Assembly (NCBI GenBank): GCA_030704615.1 | Contig: CM060736.1 | Span: 85,012 to 149,011, forward strand | DNA length: 64,000 nucleotides | From: Takakia lepidozioides | Lineage: Eukaryota > Plantae > Bryophyta | Reading direction: 5' to 3' | In this document: in pieces, positions 53,454 through 64,000 of the stretch | Layout of the letters: every line of letters starts with the position of its first letter | Numbering within the stretch: position 1 is the stretch's first letter | Notes under the pieces: model-generated | Database searches by the model: none | Told to the model about the DNA's origin: nothing | The model's input: the letters and a program-made list of their open reading frames with translations, nothing else | Position numbers and translations under genes: made by a program

Positions 53454-53870
53454 TTAATTAGAGACGGAAGAAGAAGTAGCGTTGATAGCTTCTAACCGTG
53501 CTTTGGCTCTTTTAGAGGCTAAATTAGCTTCAATAACTTGTTTTCTACCTCCAGCTTGAGCTAGCTTGTCCCGAGCCATTTGAAAAGTATCTTGGGCCTC
53601 TCGAGGATCTATCTCAATAGCTTTTTCCGCTTCATTCACCAATATGGTCATTCTGTTATTGTCTATCATAGCAAAACCGCCCATCAACGCCATAGTGAAC
53701 CATTGTCCATTAAGTCGTATCTTTATAATTCCTATATCCGGCGCTGTGAGAGGTGGGGCATGGTTAGGTAATACGCCAATTTGACCACTATTGGTAGATG
53801 GAATAATCTCTTGAACTTCTGAATTCCAAACAATTCGATTAGGAGCCATTACACGAAGATTTAGGGTCAT
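53454..53870 (-). CDS. atpE: ATP synthase CF1 epsilon
   Basis: [15 protein letters not shown]...[14 protein letters not shown]. Confidence 0.97.
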   Translation of the reverse strand: MTLNLRVMAPNRIVWNSEVQEIIPSTNSGQIGVLPNHAPPLTAPDIGIIKIRLNGQWFTMALMGGFAMIDNNRMTILVNEAEKAIEIDPREAQDTFQMARDKLAQAGGRKQVIEANLASKRAKARLEAINATSSSVSN

Positions 53871-53877
53871 TTTCTTA

Positions 53878-55362
<1,485 letters not shown>

Positions 55363-55743
55363 TTAGAGGTAGTAAAATTAGTTGCTGATTGTACCGAGAA
55401 AAGTCCTTAGTTTCAAGTCGATCGTTTAATTATTAATAAAAAATACCACCTCGAATTCGTATTACATATAAGTTACATATAAATATATATATATTTTTAT
55501 TTATATATATAGAAATATAAAATAACCTAATAATTTGGTAATTAATTAGGTCTTAGTTATTTATTTCCTCTTATTCCAAAAATTGAATTTATATTTCAAC
55601 ACTTTAAAAACTAAGTATAATCGATTCTTATTTTTACCAATTAGTTTAACACTTAAGAGGTTATCAGGTCAATGCTTGGGGGGATTTAGAGAAAACAAGA
55701 GATTCATTGATGGGGAGGGGAAGAAAAAAGAAAAAAAACTGGG

Positions 55744-55773
55744 TTGCATCAAATATCAAAAATAATATACAAT
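55744..55773 (+). promoter_or_regulatory. rbcL promoter
   Basis: TTGCAT-18 nt-TACAAT, matching the conserved rbcL -35/-10 layout. Confidence 0.7.
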
Positions 55774-55933
55774 GATACTGTTTCATTGGGGGAAAAGAGC
55801 TTTGTCCGAGAATAGGCAAAGGTTTATTAACAAGCAAGTTTCTTCTTTTGCAGAAGATTTCTACAGAAGATTTTATTTGTCGAGCAGACCTCATCCTTGC
55901 AAGAGTTATTAATTGAGTTGTAGGGAGGGACCT

Positions 55934-57361
55934 ATGTCACCACAAACGGAGACTACAGCAGGTGTTGGATTCAAAGCTGGTGTTAAAGATTACAGGTTAA
56001 CTCATTACACTCCGAATTATGAGACCAAGGATACCGATATTTCGGCAGCATTTCGAATGACTCCTCAACCTGGAGTGCCACCCGAGGAAGCGGGAGCTGC
56101 AGTAGCTGCAGAATCTTCCACTGGTACATGGACTACTGTTCGGACTGATGGACTTACCAGTCTCGATCGTTACAAGGGTCGATGCTATGACATAGAGTCT
56201 GTTGCTGGAGAAGAGAATCAATATATTGCCCATGTCGCTTATCCCTCAGATCCATTCGAAGAAGGTTCTGTTACCAACTTATTCACTTCTATTGTAGGTA
56301 ATGTATTTGGATTCAAAGCTTTACGAGCCCCACGTCCAGAAGATTTGCGAATTCCTCCTGCTTATGTCAAAACTTCTCAGGGTCCACCTCACGGTATTCA
56401 AGTTGAAAGAGATAAATTGAACAAATATGGTCGTCCTTTATTGGGATGTACTATTAAACCAAAACTAGGTTCATCTGCCAAAAACCATGGTAGAGCAGTA
56501 TATGAATGTCCTCGTGGTGGACTTGATTTTACTAAAGATGATGAAAACGTAAATTCCCAACCTTTCACGCGATGGAGAGATCGTTCCTTATTCATAGCAG
56601 AAGCTATTTATAAATCTCAAGCCGAAACAGGCGAGATCAAGGGGCATTACTCGAATGCTACTGCAGGTACATGTGAAGACACGATGAAAAGGGCGGAATT
56701 TGCTAGAGAATTGGGAGTGCCTATCGCCACGCATGACTATTCGACAGGAGGTTTTACTGCAAATACTAGTTTAGCTCATTATCGCCGAGACAATGGTCCA
56801 CTCCTTCACATTCACCGCGCAACGCACGCAGTTATCGACCGACAAAAAAATCATGGTATGCACTTCCGTGTATTAGCCAAAGCATTACGTCTGTCCGGTG
56901 GAGATCATATCCACTCTGGTACCGTGGTAGGTAAACTTGAAGGGGAACGTCAAGTAACTCCAGGGTTCGTTGATCCACTTCGTGACGATTACATCGAAAA
57001 AGATCGAAGTCGTGGTATTTATTTCACTCAGGACTGGGTCTCTTCGCCAGGTGTTTTACCTGTAGCTTCGGGAGGTATTCATGTTCGGCATATGCCCGCT
57101 TCGACCGAAATTTCTGGAGATGATTCTGTATTACAGTTCGGTGGAGGAACTTCGGGACACCCTCGGGGGAATGCACCTGGTGCAGTAGCTAATCGAGTTG
57201 CTTCAGAAGCTTGTGTACAAGCTCGTAACGAAGGGCGTGACCTTGCTCGTGAAGGTAATGAAGTTATTCGTGAAGCTTGTAAGTGGAGTCCTGAACCAGC
57301 TGCCGCTTGTGAAGTATGGAAAGAAATCAAATTTGAATTCGATACGATTGATACCCCGTAA
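55934..57361 (+). CDS. rbcL: RuBisCO large subunit
   Basis: [26 protein letters not shown]; 475 aa. Confidence 0.99.
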   Translation: MSPQTETTAGVGFKAGVKDYRLTHYTPNYETKDTDISAAFRMTPQPGVPPEEAGAAVAAESSTGTWTTVRTDGLTSLDRYKGRCYDIESVAGEENQYIAHVAYPSDPFEEGSVTNLFTSIVGNVFGFKALRAPRPEDLRIPPAYVKTSQGPPHGIQVERDKLNKYGRPLLGCTIKPKLGSSAKNHGRAVYECPRGGLDFTKDDENVNSQPFTRWRDRSLFIAEAIYKSQAETGEIKGHYSNATAGTCEDTMKRAEFARELGVPIATHDYSTGGFTANTSLAHYRRDNGPLLHIHRATHAVIDRQKNHGMHFRVLAKALRLSGGDHIHSGTVVGKLEGERQVTPGFVDPLRDDYIEKDRSRGIYFTQDWVSSPGVLPVASGGIHVRHMPASTEISGDDSVLQFGGGTSGHPRGNAPGAVANRVASEACVQARNEGRDLAREGNEVIREACKWSPEPAAACEVWKEIKFEFDTIDTP

Positions 57362-57388
57362 TTTCGTCACTTTTGTCTATTTTCTCTC

Positions 57389-57414
57389 TCACCTCTATCA
57401 ATAGATAGAGGTGA
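57389..57414 (+). terminator. Stem-loop after rbcL
   Basis: TCACCTCTATC-AATA-GATAGAGGTGA. Confidence 0.65.
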
Positions 57415-57591
57415 ATAGAAAAGAAAGAAAAATAAAGAATATATATCATCCTATCTTTATATTTCCTACTTATATCTGTCGTAATTTATTATCTTTTTGA
57501 ATTAGATAAATAGTTCAATTTCGAGAATAGGGAAATGACTATAGAAGTAAAAGTAGCTTTTTCTTGAAAGCATATTTCGCATTCAATAGGG

Positions 57592-57665
57592 GGTTTTGTA
57601 GCTCAGTGGATCAGAGCCCATGGTTCCGAACCATGAAGTCAAGGGTTCAAATCCCTTCTAAACCA
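57592..57665 (+). tRNA. trnR-CCG: tRNA-Arg(CCG)
   Basis: Anticodon arm CATGG-TT CCG AA-CCATG; between rbcL and accD as in bryophytes and ferns. Confidence 0.92.
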
Positions 57666-57975
57666 CTCAAAATAGTTATTTCTTCTTTTATTTTCATTGT
57701 CCATAGCCTTCTATTTATCATCTTTCTTCCGATAATTAAAAAAAAGGTCTATTATAGAATTAGTAAATAAAGCTAATCGCAATTTAATAATTCGATCTAT
57801 TAATTAAGTAAGTAAGTTTAGTTTCGTTTGAATTTTATATTGTAAAAATAAAAAAAAAAACTCTTTTCGTTTTTTTATATTCCCAATCATTGAACTTTTA
57901 TAGTCAACCGTAAGAGAAAAAGCTTAAATATTATTGATACGTACGAGGTTTGATAAGAAGAATAAGGAGAAGTTT

Positions 57976-58926
57976 ATGTCTCTAATGAATTGGTTCGAAG
58001 ACAAACGGCGATTCGGTGGATTAATCGGAGCTTTTATTGAAAAGGCTACCAAAGGATATGTTCTTAGCGAAAGAGAAAAAGATCGATATATAAAAATTGA
58101 TACTACTAAAGGGTTACGGACTCGACGTGATAATTGTGAGAACATGCTCTATGTCAGATTTCTGAGACAAAATAGGCGCATTTGTGAAGAATGTGGGTAT
58201 CATTTGCAAATGAGTAGTACAGAAAGAATTGAACTTTCAATTGATCGTGGGACTCGGCATCCTATGGATGAAGACATGGTTGCTCGAGATGTTCTTAGAT
58301 TTTCTGATGAAGATTCTTATAAGAATCGTGTCACTTTTTATCAGAAACGAACGGGTTTGACTGATGCTATTCAAACAGGCATAGGGAAACTAGATGGGAC
58401 TCCTGTTGCTCTTGGAGTTATGGATTCTCAGTCTATGGGAGGTAGTATGGGTTCTGTGGTAGGTGAAAAGATTACTCGTCCTATCGAATATGCTACCAGA
58501 AAATCTATGCCGTTAATAATTGTGTGTTCCTCCGGAGGGGCACGCATGCAAGAAGGAACTTTAAGTCCAACGCAAATGGCTAAGATTTCTCCCGTTTCAC
58601 AGATCCATCAAGCTCAAAAAAGGTTACTATATATAGCTATTCTCACATATCCTACAACTGGTGGAGTTACTGCTAGTTCTGGTATGTTAGGAGACATTAT
58701 TATTGCTGAACCCAAAGCATACATCGCATTTGCGGGTAAAAGAGTAATCGAACAGACATTACGTCAAAAAATACCTGATGGTTTTCAAGTTGCTGAATCT
58801 TTATTCGATCACGGTTTACTCGATTTGATTGTTCCACGTAACCTCTCGAAAGGCGTTTTGAGTGAAATTTTTGAACTTTATGGTTCGGCTCCTTGTAAGG
58901 AACGTAATAATTATTATTTTAGATAA
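57976..58926 (+). CDS. accD: Acetyl-CoA carboxylase carboxyltransferase beta
   Basis: [40 protein letters not shown]. Confidence 0.98.
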   Translation: MSLMNWFEDKRRFGGLIGAFIEKATKGYVLSEREKDRYIKIDTTKGLRTRRDNCENMLYVRFLRQNRRICEECGYHLQMSSTERIELSIDRGTRHPMDEDMVARDVLRFSDEDSYKNRVTFYQKRTGLTDAIQTGIGKLDGTPVALGVMDSQSMGGSMGSVVGEKITRPIEYATRKSMPLIIVCSSGGARMQEGTLSPTQMAKISPVSQIHQAQKRLLYIAILTYPTTGGVTASSGMLGDIIIAEPKAYIAFAGKRVIEQTLRQKIPDGFQVAESLFDHGLLDLIVPRNLSKGVLSEIFELYGSAPCKERNNYYFR

Positions 58927-59190
58927 TTATTACGTTATGTTTTTTCCAACCGTCCAATCAAAGAAATCTTTTTTATCAAATTTTTTGTTATTCTTTTTAA
59001 ATGTTATAATTCCTTTGTATATAATAGAAAAATTTCTTATATCGAATAAATATAATTGAATTTAGCTTTTACTAGAAATTTCTTCTATTTTTTTTATTTC
59101 GGATAAAGAAAAGTTGATATTAAAAAAAAAAAAAAAATGGATAATCATAATCATCCAAAAAAAAAAAAAATATCAACATGTCTTCTATAA

Positions 59191-59379
<189 letters not shown>

Positions 59380-59464
59380 TTTTTGATGTAATCAAATTTT
59401 CCAAGTATAGTTTTATTGTTGGATCGTGAGATACCAAAAATTTCTGTATTCCTAGTAAAATCTT

Positions 59465-59502
<38 letters not shown>

Positions 59503-59750
59503 CATATTTTTTTTCTCTTTTTCATAAATATATTCAAACTCGATTGTAATTATCACTTTATTTTATCTTTCCTCATAATTAGAATTACCACTGATAAGTA
59601 AAATTGAGAAATAGAAAAAAAAAAATTTTAGGATATATATCAATCTATGATAGATTAATATATATCTTAAAAAAAAAAATGCTTCTAAAACAAATAAATA
59701 TTTCGGCTATTTCGCCCCATCAAAAAGAACAAAATCTGGGAGACTTTGTT

Positions 59751-60305
59751 ACGAATTGTCAATCTGAATGGCTTCAAGTAAAACCTATAATAGGTTCTAA
59801 AAAAATAAGTAATTTTTGCTGGGCGTGCATTATTTCGTTGGGTGCATTAGGATTCTTTTCAGTTGGAATTTCTAGTCACTTCGGTAAAGATTTAATACCC
59901 TTTCTATCATCCCAACAAATTCTTTTTGTCCCACAAGGAATTGTAATGTGCTTCTATGGTATTGCAGGTCCGTTTCTTAGCCTTTATTTATGGCGTACAA
60001 TTTCGCGGAGTGTAGGTAGTGGCTACAACCGATACGATAAACGAGAAAAAATCGTTTGTCTTTTTCGTTGGGGATTTCCCGGAGAAAATCGTCGTATTCG
60101 TATCCAATCTCTCATGAAAGATATCCAAGCGATACGTATGGAGGTTCAGGAAGGTATTTATCCTCGTCGCATTCTTTATACGAAAATTAAAGGTCAACAA
60201 GATGTTCCTTTAACTCGTATTGAGGAAAACTTAACTCCGGGAGAAATGGAAGAAAAAGCTGCGGAGTTAGCTCGATCCTCGCGCGTATCAATCGAAGGAC
60301 TCTAA
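59751..60305 (+). CDS. ycf4: PSI assembly protein Ycf4, ACG start
   Basis: (T)[48 protein letters not shown]; 184 aa. Confidence 0.96.
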   Translation, partial: TNCQSEWLQVKPIIGSKKISNFCWACIISLGALGFFSVGISSHFGKDLIPFLSSQQILFVPQGIVMCFYGIAGPFLSLYLWRTISRSVGSGYNRYDKREKIVCLFRWGFPGENRRIRIQSLMKDIQAIRMEVQEGIYPRRILYTKIKGQQDVPLTRIEENLTPGEMEEKAAELARSSRVSIEGL

Positions 60306-60448
60306 ACTTCACTTTAGAACAAGAAATAGATGGTTTTTCTGTTTTTTTCGGTTCTTGAGAGAAAAAAAAAAATCGATAAGAAATGAAAAAAAATGAAAAT
60401 TCATTTTTTTTTTATGCAACTTCTTCTGGCAAAGTATAAGTAGCACTT

Positions 60449-61984
60449 ATGAAATCATACTGGGCACAAATTTCTTGTTGGTTATTAAATACTCCATATC
60501 GTTCTTTAGAGAGAGCTTATAGAGCGAGCAAACGAATACGATATATAAAGAAAAATTATATGTGTTATAAAGGTATGGTTTCATCTTCGGCACGGTCTTG
60601 GCAAGCTATAATGCTATATATGAATACGAAATTCAATAATTATGTATTCATAATATATTGGAGTCTCTTGGAATGTAGAATTAGCATGTATTTTTCAAAC
60701 TTCTTGAATAATTCAATATTATTTAGAATATTTGAAAAATTTTCTATTTTTTCTCAAAAAGCAGCTAATGAGTATTCGTTTTCCGTGAGTCTTCATCAAC
60801 ATTTTGGGATTCTCTCGAATCTTTCTTTTCATAAGGTTTGGAATAATCTCTCGAATGTTTTTTCTTTCTCTCCTCTCCCTCTTGGTTCTACCGGAAAAGT
60901 TGTTAGAAAGACTAGTAAAATTTCCAAACGATATAGATCTGATCGGAAGAGTGAAAAGGACTTTAAAGCTAAAAATTTTTCTATTTCGAGTGATTCAGTT
61001 GAGAGGGATTCGAGAAAGATTGAACAGATGAATAAGAAACTAGCTTGGATCGAAGCAACTTCAAATGATTTGGATACTTGGAAACGGTATCATTTTCCTT
61101 CTGCTTCTTCCCCCGAAAAAGAAGAAACTTTAGAAAATAAAATTTTTTTTTTTAATTCTAAAAATTCTATTACTACTGCAACAGCTTATGAATCTATAGG
61201 TCTTGTACCTCGCTCCATAACCCGTACCTTATCCGGATTTCAGACAGAGTTGACGGGTCAATCAAGTTCATTAGTACTTCAAGAATTTCGAGTGGCTAAA
61301 TATCAAGCATTGGCTTCTCTACAATATATGGGATGTTTACTATTTCTCCCCTGGGGAATCTCCATTCTTCCGAAAGAATGTTTTTTAGAACCTTGGGTTA
61401 AGATTTGGTGGAATACATGTCAATCCCAAATTTTTCTTAATTCTCTTCAAGAAGAAATAGCATTGAAACGGCTTCAGGAGGTAGAGGAACTTGTTTGGTT
61501 AGATAAAGTGATGGCAAGTTCCTCGAAAGTCCAGTCACAAGATCTTGATATAGAAATTCACGAAAAAACAATTCAATTACTAAAAACGTACAATGGAGAT
61601 AGTATTCAGACTATTCTACATTTATTAACAGATATTATTTGTTTCGCCACTTTGAGTGTTTCGTTCATTCTAGGTAAAGAAAGACTTGCTATTTCAAATT
61701 CTTGGGTTCAAGAATTATTTTATAGCTTGAGTGATACGATGAAAGCTTCTTTCATTCTCCCATTAACTGATCTATGTATCGGATTTCATTCGCCTCATGG
61801 CTGGGAAATAGTTATAGGTTCCCTCTTAGAACATTTAGGATTCGCTCATAACAAACATATAATATCCTGTTTTGTTTCAACCTTTCCAGTCATTCTAGAT
61901 ACAGTTTCTAAATATTGGATTTTTCGTCATTTAAATCGTATATCTCCCTCTATTGTAGCGACTTATCATACGATGAATGAATAA
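60449..61984 (+). CDS. cemA: Chloroplast envelope membrane protein (long bryophyte/fern type)
   Basis: TPYRSLERAY, GLVPRSITRT, GFHSPHGWE, SPSIVATYHTMNE. Confidence 0.96.
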   Translation: MKSYWAQISCWLLNTPYRSLERAYRASKRIRYIKKNYMCYKGMVSSSARSWQAIMLYMNTKFNNYVFIIYWSLLECRISMYFSNFLNNSILFRIFEKFSIFSQKAANEYSFSVSLHQHFGILSNLSFHKVWNNLSNVFSFSPLPLGSTGKVVRKTSKISKRYRSDRKSEKDFKAKNFSISSDSVERDSRKIEQMNKKLAWIEATSNDLDTWKRYHFPSASSPEKEETLENKIFFFNSKNSITTATAYESIGLVPRSITRTLSGFQTELTGQSSSLVLQEFRVAKYQALASLQYMGCLLFLPWGISILPKECFLEPWVKIWWNTCQSQIFLNSLQEEIALKRLQEVEELVWLDKVMASSSKVQSQDLDIEIHEKTIQLLKTYNGDSIQTILHLLTDIICFATLSVSFILGKERLAISNSWVQELFYSLSDTMKASFILPLTDLCIGFHSPHGWEIVIGSLLEHLGFAHNKHIISCFVSTFPVILDTVSKYWIFRHLNRISPSIVATYHTMNE

Positions 61985-62191
61985 GAAATATGTTTCAAAT
62001 AGCGAAGCGGTTTTTTAAAAACCGTTAGTTATTCAAATTGATATATCAATTATCAGTAAGAGTAGAATACTTTTGATTTCTCACCATTATTGTTACTATA
62101 ACAGCGGAATTATAAACGGGGGTAGCTATAATAGCTGAGACGCTGAGGGCACCCCACTCGTGAAAAATTTTTTGAAACAAATAATCGAACC

Positions 62192-63157
62192 ATGCAAAAA
62201 AGAAATATTAGTCACTGGATGAGGAAGTGGGTGATTCGATCGATTCCGATCCTGATCGTGATGATGAGAATAATAGCTTGGCCATCTATTTCCGAAGCAT
62301 ATCCAATTTATGCACAGCAGGGTTACGAAGATCCTCGAGAAGCAACTGGCCGTATTGTATGTGCCAATCGTCATTTGGCTAAAAAAATCGTGGATATTGA
62401 AGTTCCACAGTCTGTACTTCCAGACACAGTTCCTGAGGCTGTTGTTAAAATTCCGTATGATATACAAGTAAAACAAGTCCTTGCTAATGGTAAAAAAGGA
62501 GCTTTGAATGTAGGAGCTGTTCCTATTTTACCCGAGGGGTTCGAATTAGCCCCTCCCGATCGTATTCCTCCCGAAATGAAGGGAAGAATAGGTAATCTTT
62601 ATTTTCAACCTTATCGTCCCGACAAAAAAAATATTCTTGTAATAGGTCCCGTTCCTGGTAAAAAATATAGTGAAATTGTCTCTCCCATTCTTTCACCAGA
62701 TCCTGGTACTAATAAAGAAGCTCACTTCTTGAAATATCCCATATATGTAGGTGGTAATAGAGGAAGGGGACAAATCTATCCCGATGGGAGTAAAAGTAAC
62801 AATACTGTTTATAACGCTTCAACCACAGGTAAAGTAAGTAGAATCTTACGTAAGGAAAAAGGTGGATATGAAATAACTATTGATAATACATTAGATGGTC
62901 GTCAAGTAATTGATATCGTACCCCCAGGACCAGAACTTATTATAACGGAAGGTGAGTTTATTAAGGTGGATCAGCCTTTAACTAATAATCCCAATGTAGG
63001 TGGATTTGGTCAAGGAGATGCAGAAGTAGTACTTCAAGATCCTTTACGTGTTCAAGGTCTTTCATTATTCTTTGCATCAGTTATATTAGCACAAATATTC
63101 TTAGTACTTAAAAAGAAACAATTTGAGAAAGTTCAATTAGCTGAGATGAATTTTTAG
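62192..63157 (+). CDS. petA: Cytochrome f
   Basis: [23 protein letters not shown](R)[17 protein letters not shown]. Confidence 0.99.
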   Translation: MQKRNISHWMRKWVIRSIPILIVMMRIIAWPSISEAYPIYAQQGYEDPREATGRIVCANRHLAKKIVDIEVPQSVLPDTVPEAVVKIPYDIQVKQVLANGKKGALNVGAVPILPEGFELAPPDRIPPEMKGRIGNLYFQPYRPDKKNILVIGPVPGKKYSEIVSPILSPDPGTNKEAHFLKYPIYVGGNRGRGQIYPDGSKSNNTVYNASTTGKVSRILRKEKGGYEITIDNTLDGRQVIDIVPPGPELIITEGEFIKVDQPLTNNPNVGGFGQGDAEVVLQDPLRVQGLSLFFASVILAQIFLVLKKKQFEKVQLAEMNF

Positions 63158-64000
63158 TTTTTCCACACTTAATTAAAATCAGATAGAATTAACCAAAGTG
63201 TTTGATTAATAGAAAATTCCTCTCTTATTGATGGTTGCTGCAACGAGGTCGAATTCGTGTTTTATTCTACATAATGTGGTAATTTATCGTTCAGAAATCG
63301 AAAATTATGAATATTATTTCATCTTTCCTTTATTCAAAGAAATTTCGAATTATTGGGGATACACATCAACAGTTGGTATTTCTGAACGAGAGGCTCAAAA
63401 AGCACTAACACATACATATAAAGTTGCTGAATGGTCTTATCTTTTTCATATATACTCTAAAAAAAAAATATATATATAATTGTAATAATAATTCTTGAGG
63501 AGAAATAGAAAAAGAATCAGTAATCTATTACCGATCAATAAAAATTTTATATTTATATTTCGAGGAACATATTACCAATCAATTTGATTTATTAGAAAGG
63601 AATTGTTTCTGTTCGTGCGAATAAAACGTTTATCGAGAAAGAAATCGACATATATATAAGTATAAAAAAAAAAAAAAAAGTTTTCAAAAATCTAAAATTT
63701 CTTTCCAAAATTTCTTCTTCAAAAAAAAAAAAAAAAAAAAAAAATAATTTTTAAATCAAGGTATTTTTTTTTTTCTTCTTTTCTTCTTCAATTCTACCCA
63801 AAAATTACCAAAAAAAATTTTTTTGCACTTTCCCTTTTATTTTTTTGCAACCCAGGGAAAAAGGAAAAGAAAAAAATTTTTGTATATCTGTAAAAAAAGG
63901 GCCCAAATTGTTTATTGTAAACATCTATGGAAAATTAAAATTCCCCCAAAAAAACCCCTTAAAAGGGCCCTTTTCAAAAAAAAAAGGGGGGGGGGGGTTT

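Noticed and set aside
59604-59750. N-terminal extensions in the ORF track for ycf4, psbA, psaA, rbcL, ndhC, atpE, accD and chlB
   Set aside because: Artefacts of upstream TTG/ATG calls; conserved lengths and SD positions indicate the downstream ATG/ACG starts
63660-64000. Homopolymer-rich tail (A, T, C and G runs)
   Set aside because: Looks like degraded base-calling after poly-A slippage rather than biology; no gene or repeat unit is recognisable

Overview
This window is about 64 kb of the large single-copy region of a land-plant chloroplast genome, from the 3' end of rpoC2 through rps2, atpI/H/F/A, chlB, rps16, trnK/matK, psbA, ycf2, cysA, psbD/C, psaB/A, ycf3, rps4, ndhJ/K/C, atpE/B, rbcL, accD, ycf4 and cemA to petA, plus 20 tRNA genes. 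The gene order is the ancestral bryophyte/lycophyte one (psbA-trnH-ycf2-trnD). The conserved genes need massive C-to-U RNA editing: Ser/Pro/Arg/His/Thr stand where Leu/Phe/Trp/Cys/Tyr/Met are conserved, there are eight ACG starts and one CGA stop, and no U-to-C-type internal stops occur. That pattern plus cysA, intron-containing rps16, intact matK, trnS-CGA, trnR-CCG and a group I intron trnL with a genomic CAA anticodon points (my inference) to the moss Takakia or a close relative. The part least explained by standard plastid genes is the ~3.4 kb ndhC-trnV spacer, which holds a stop-poor, apparently decayed minus-strand coding island of unknown origin. Other points of interest are candidate structural editing sites in tRNAs and group II intron domain V, a patchy distribution of editing sites, two frameshifts in ycf2 and a 66-bp palindrome. 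I found no CRISPR array, rRNA or intact transposon. All coordinates and translations outside the ORF track were worked out by hand.
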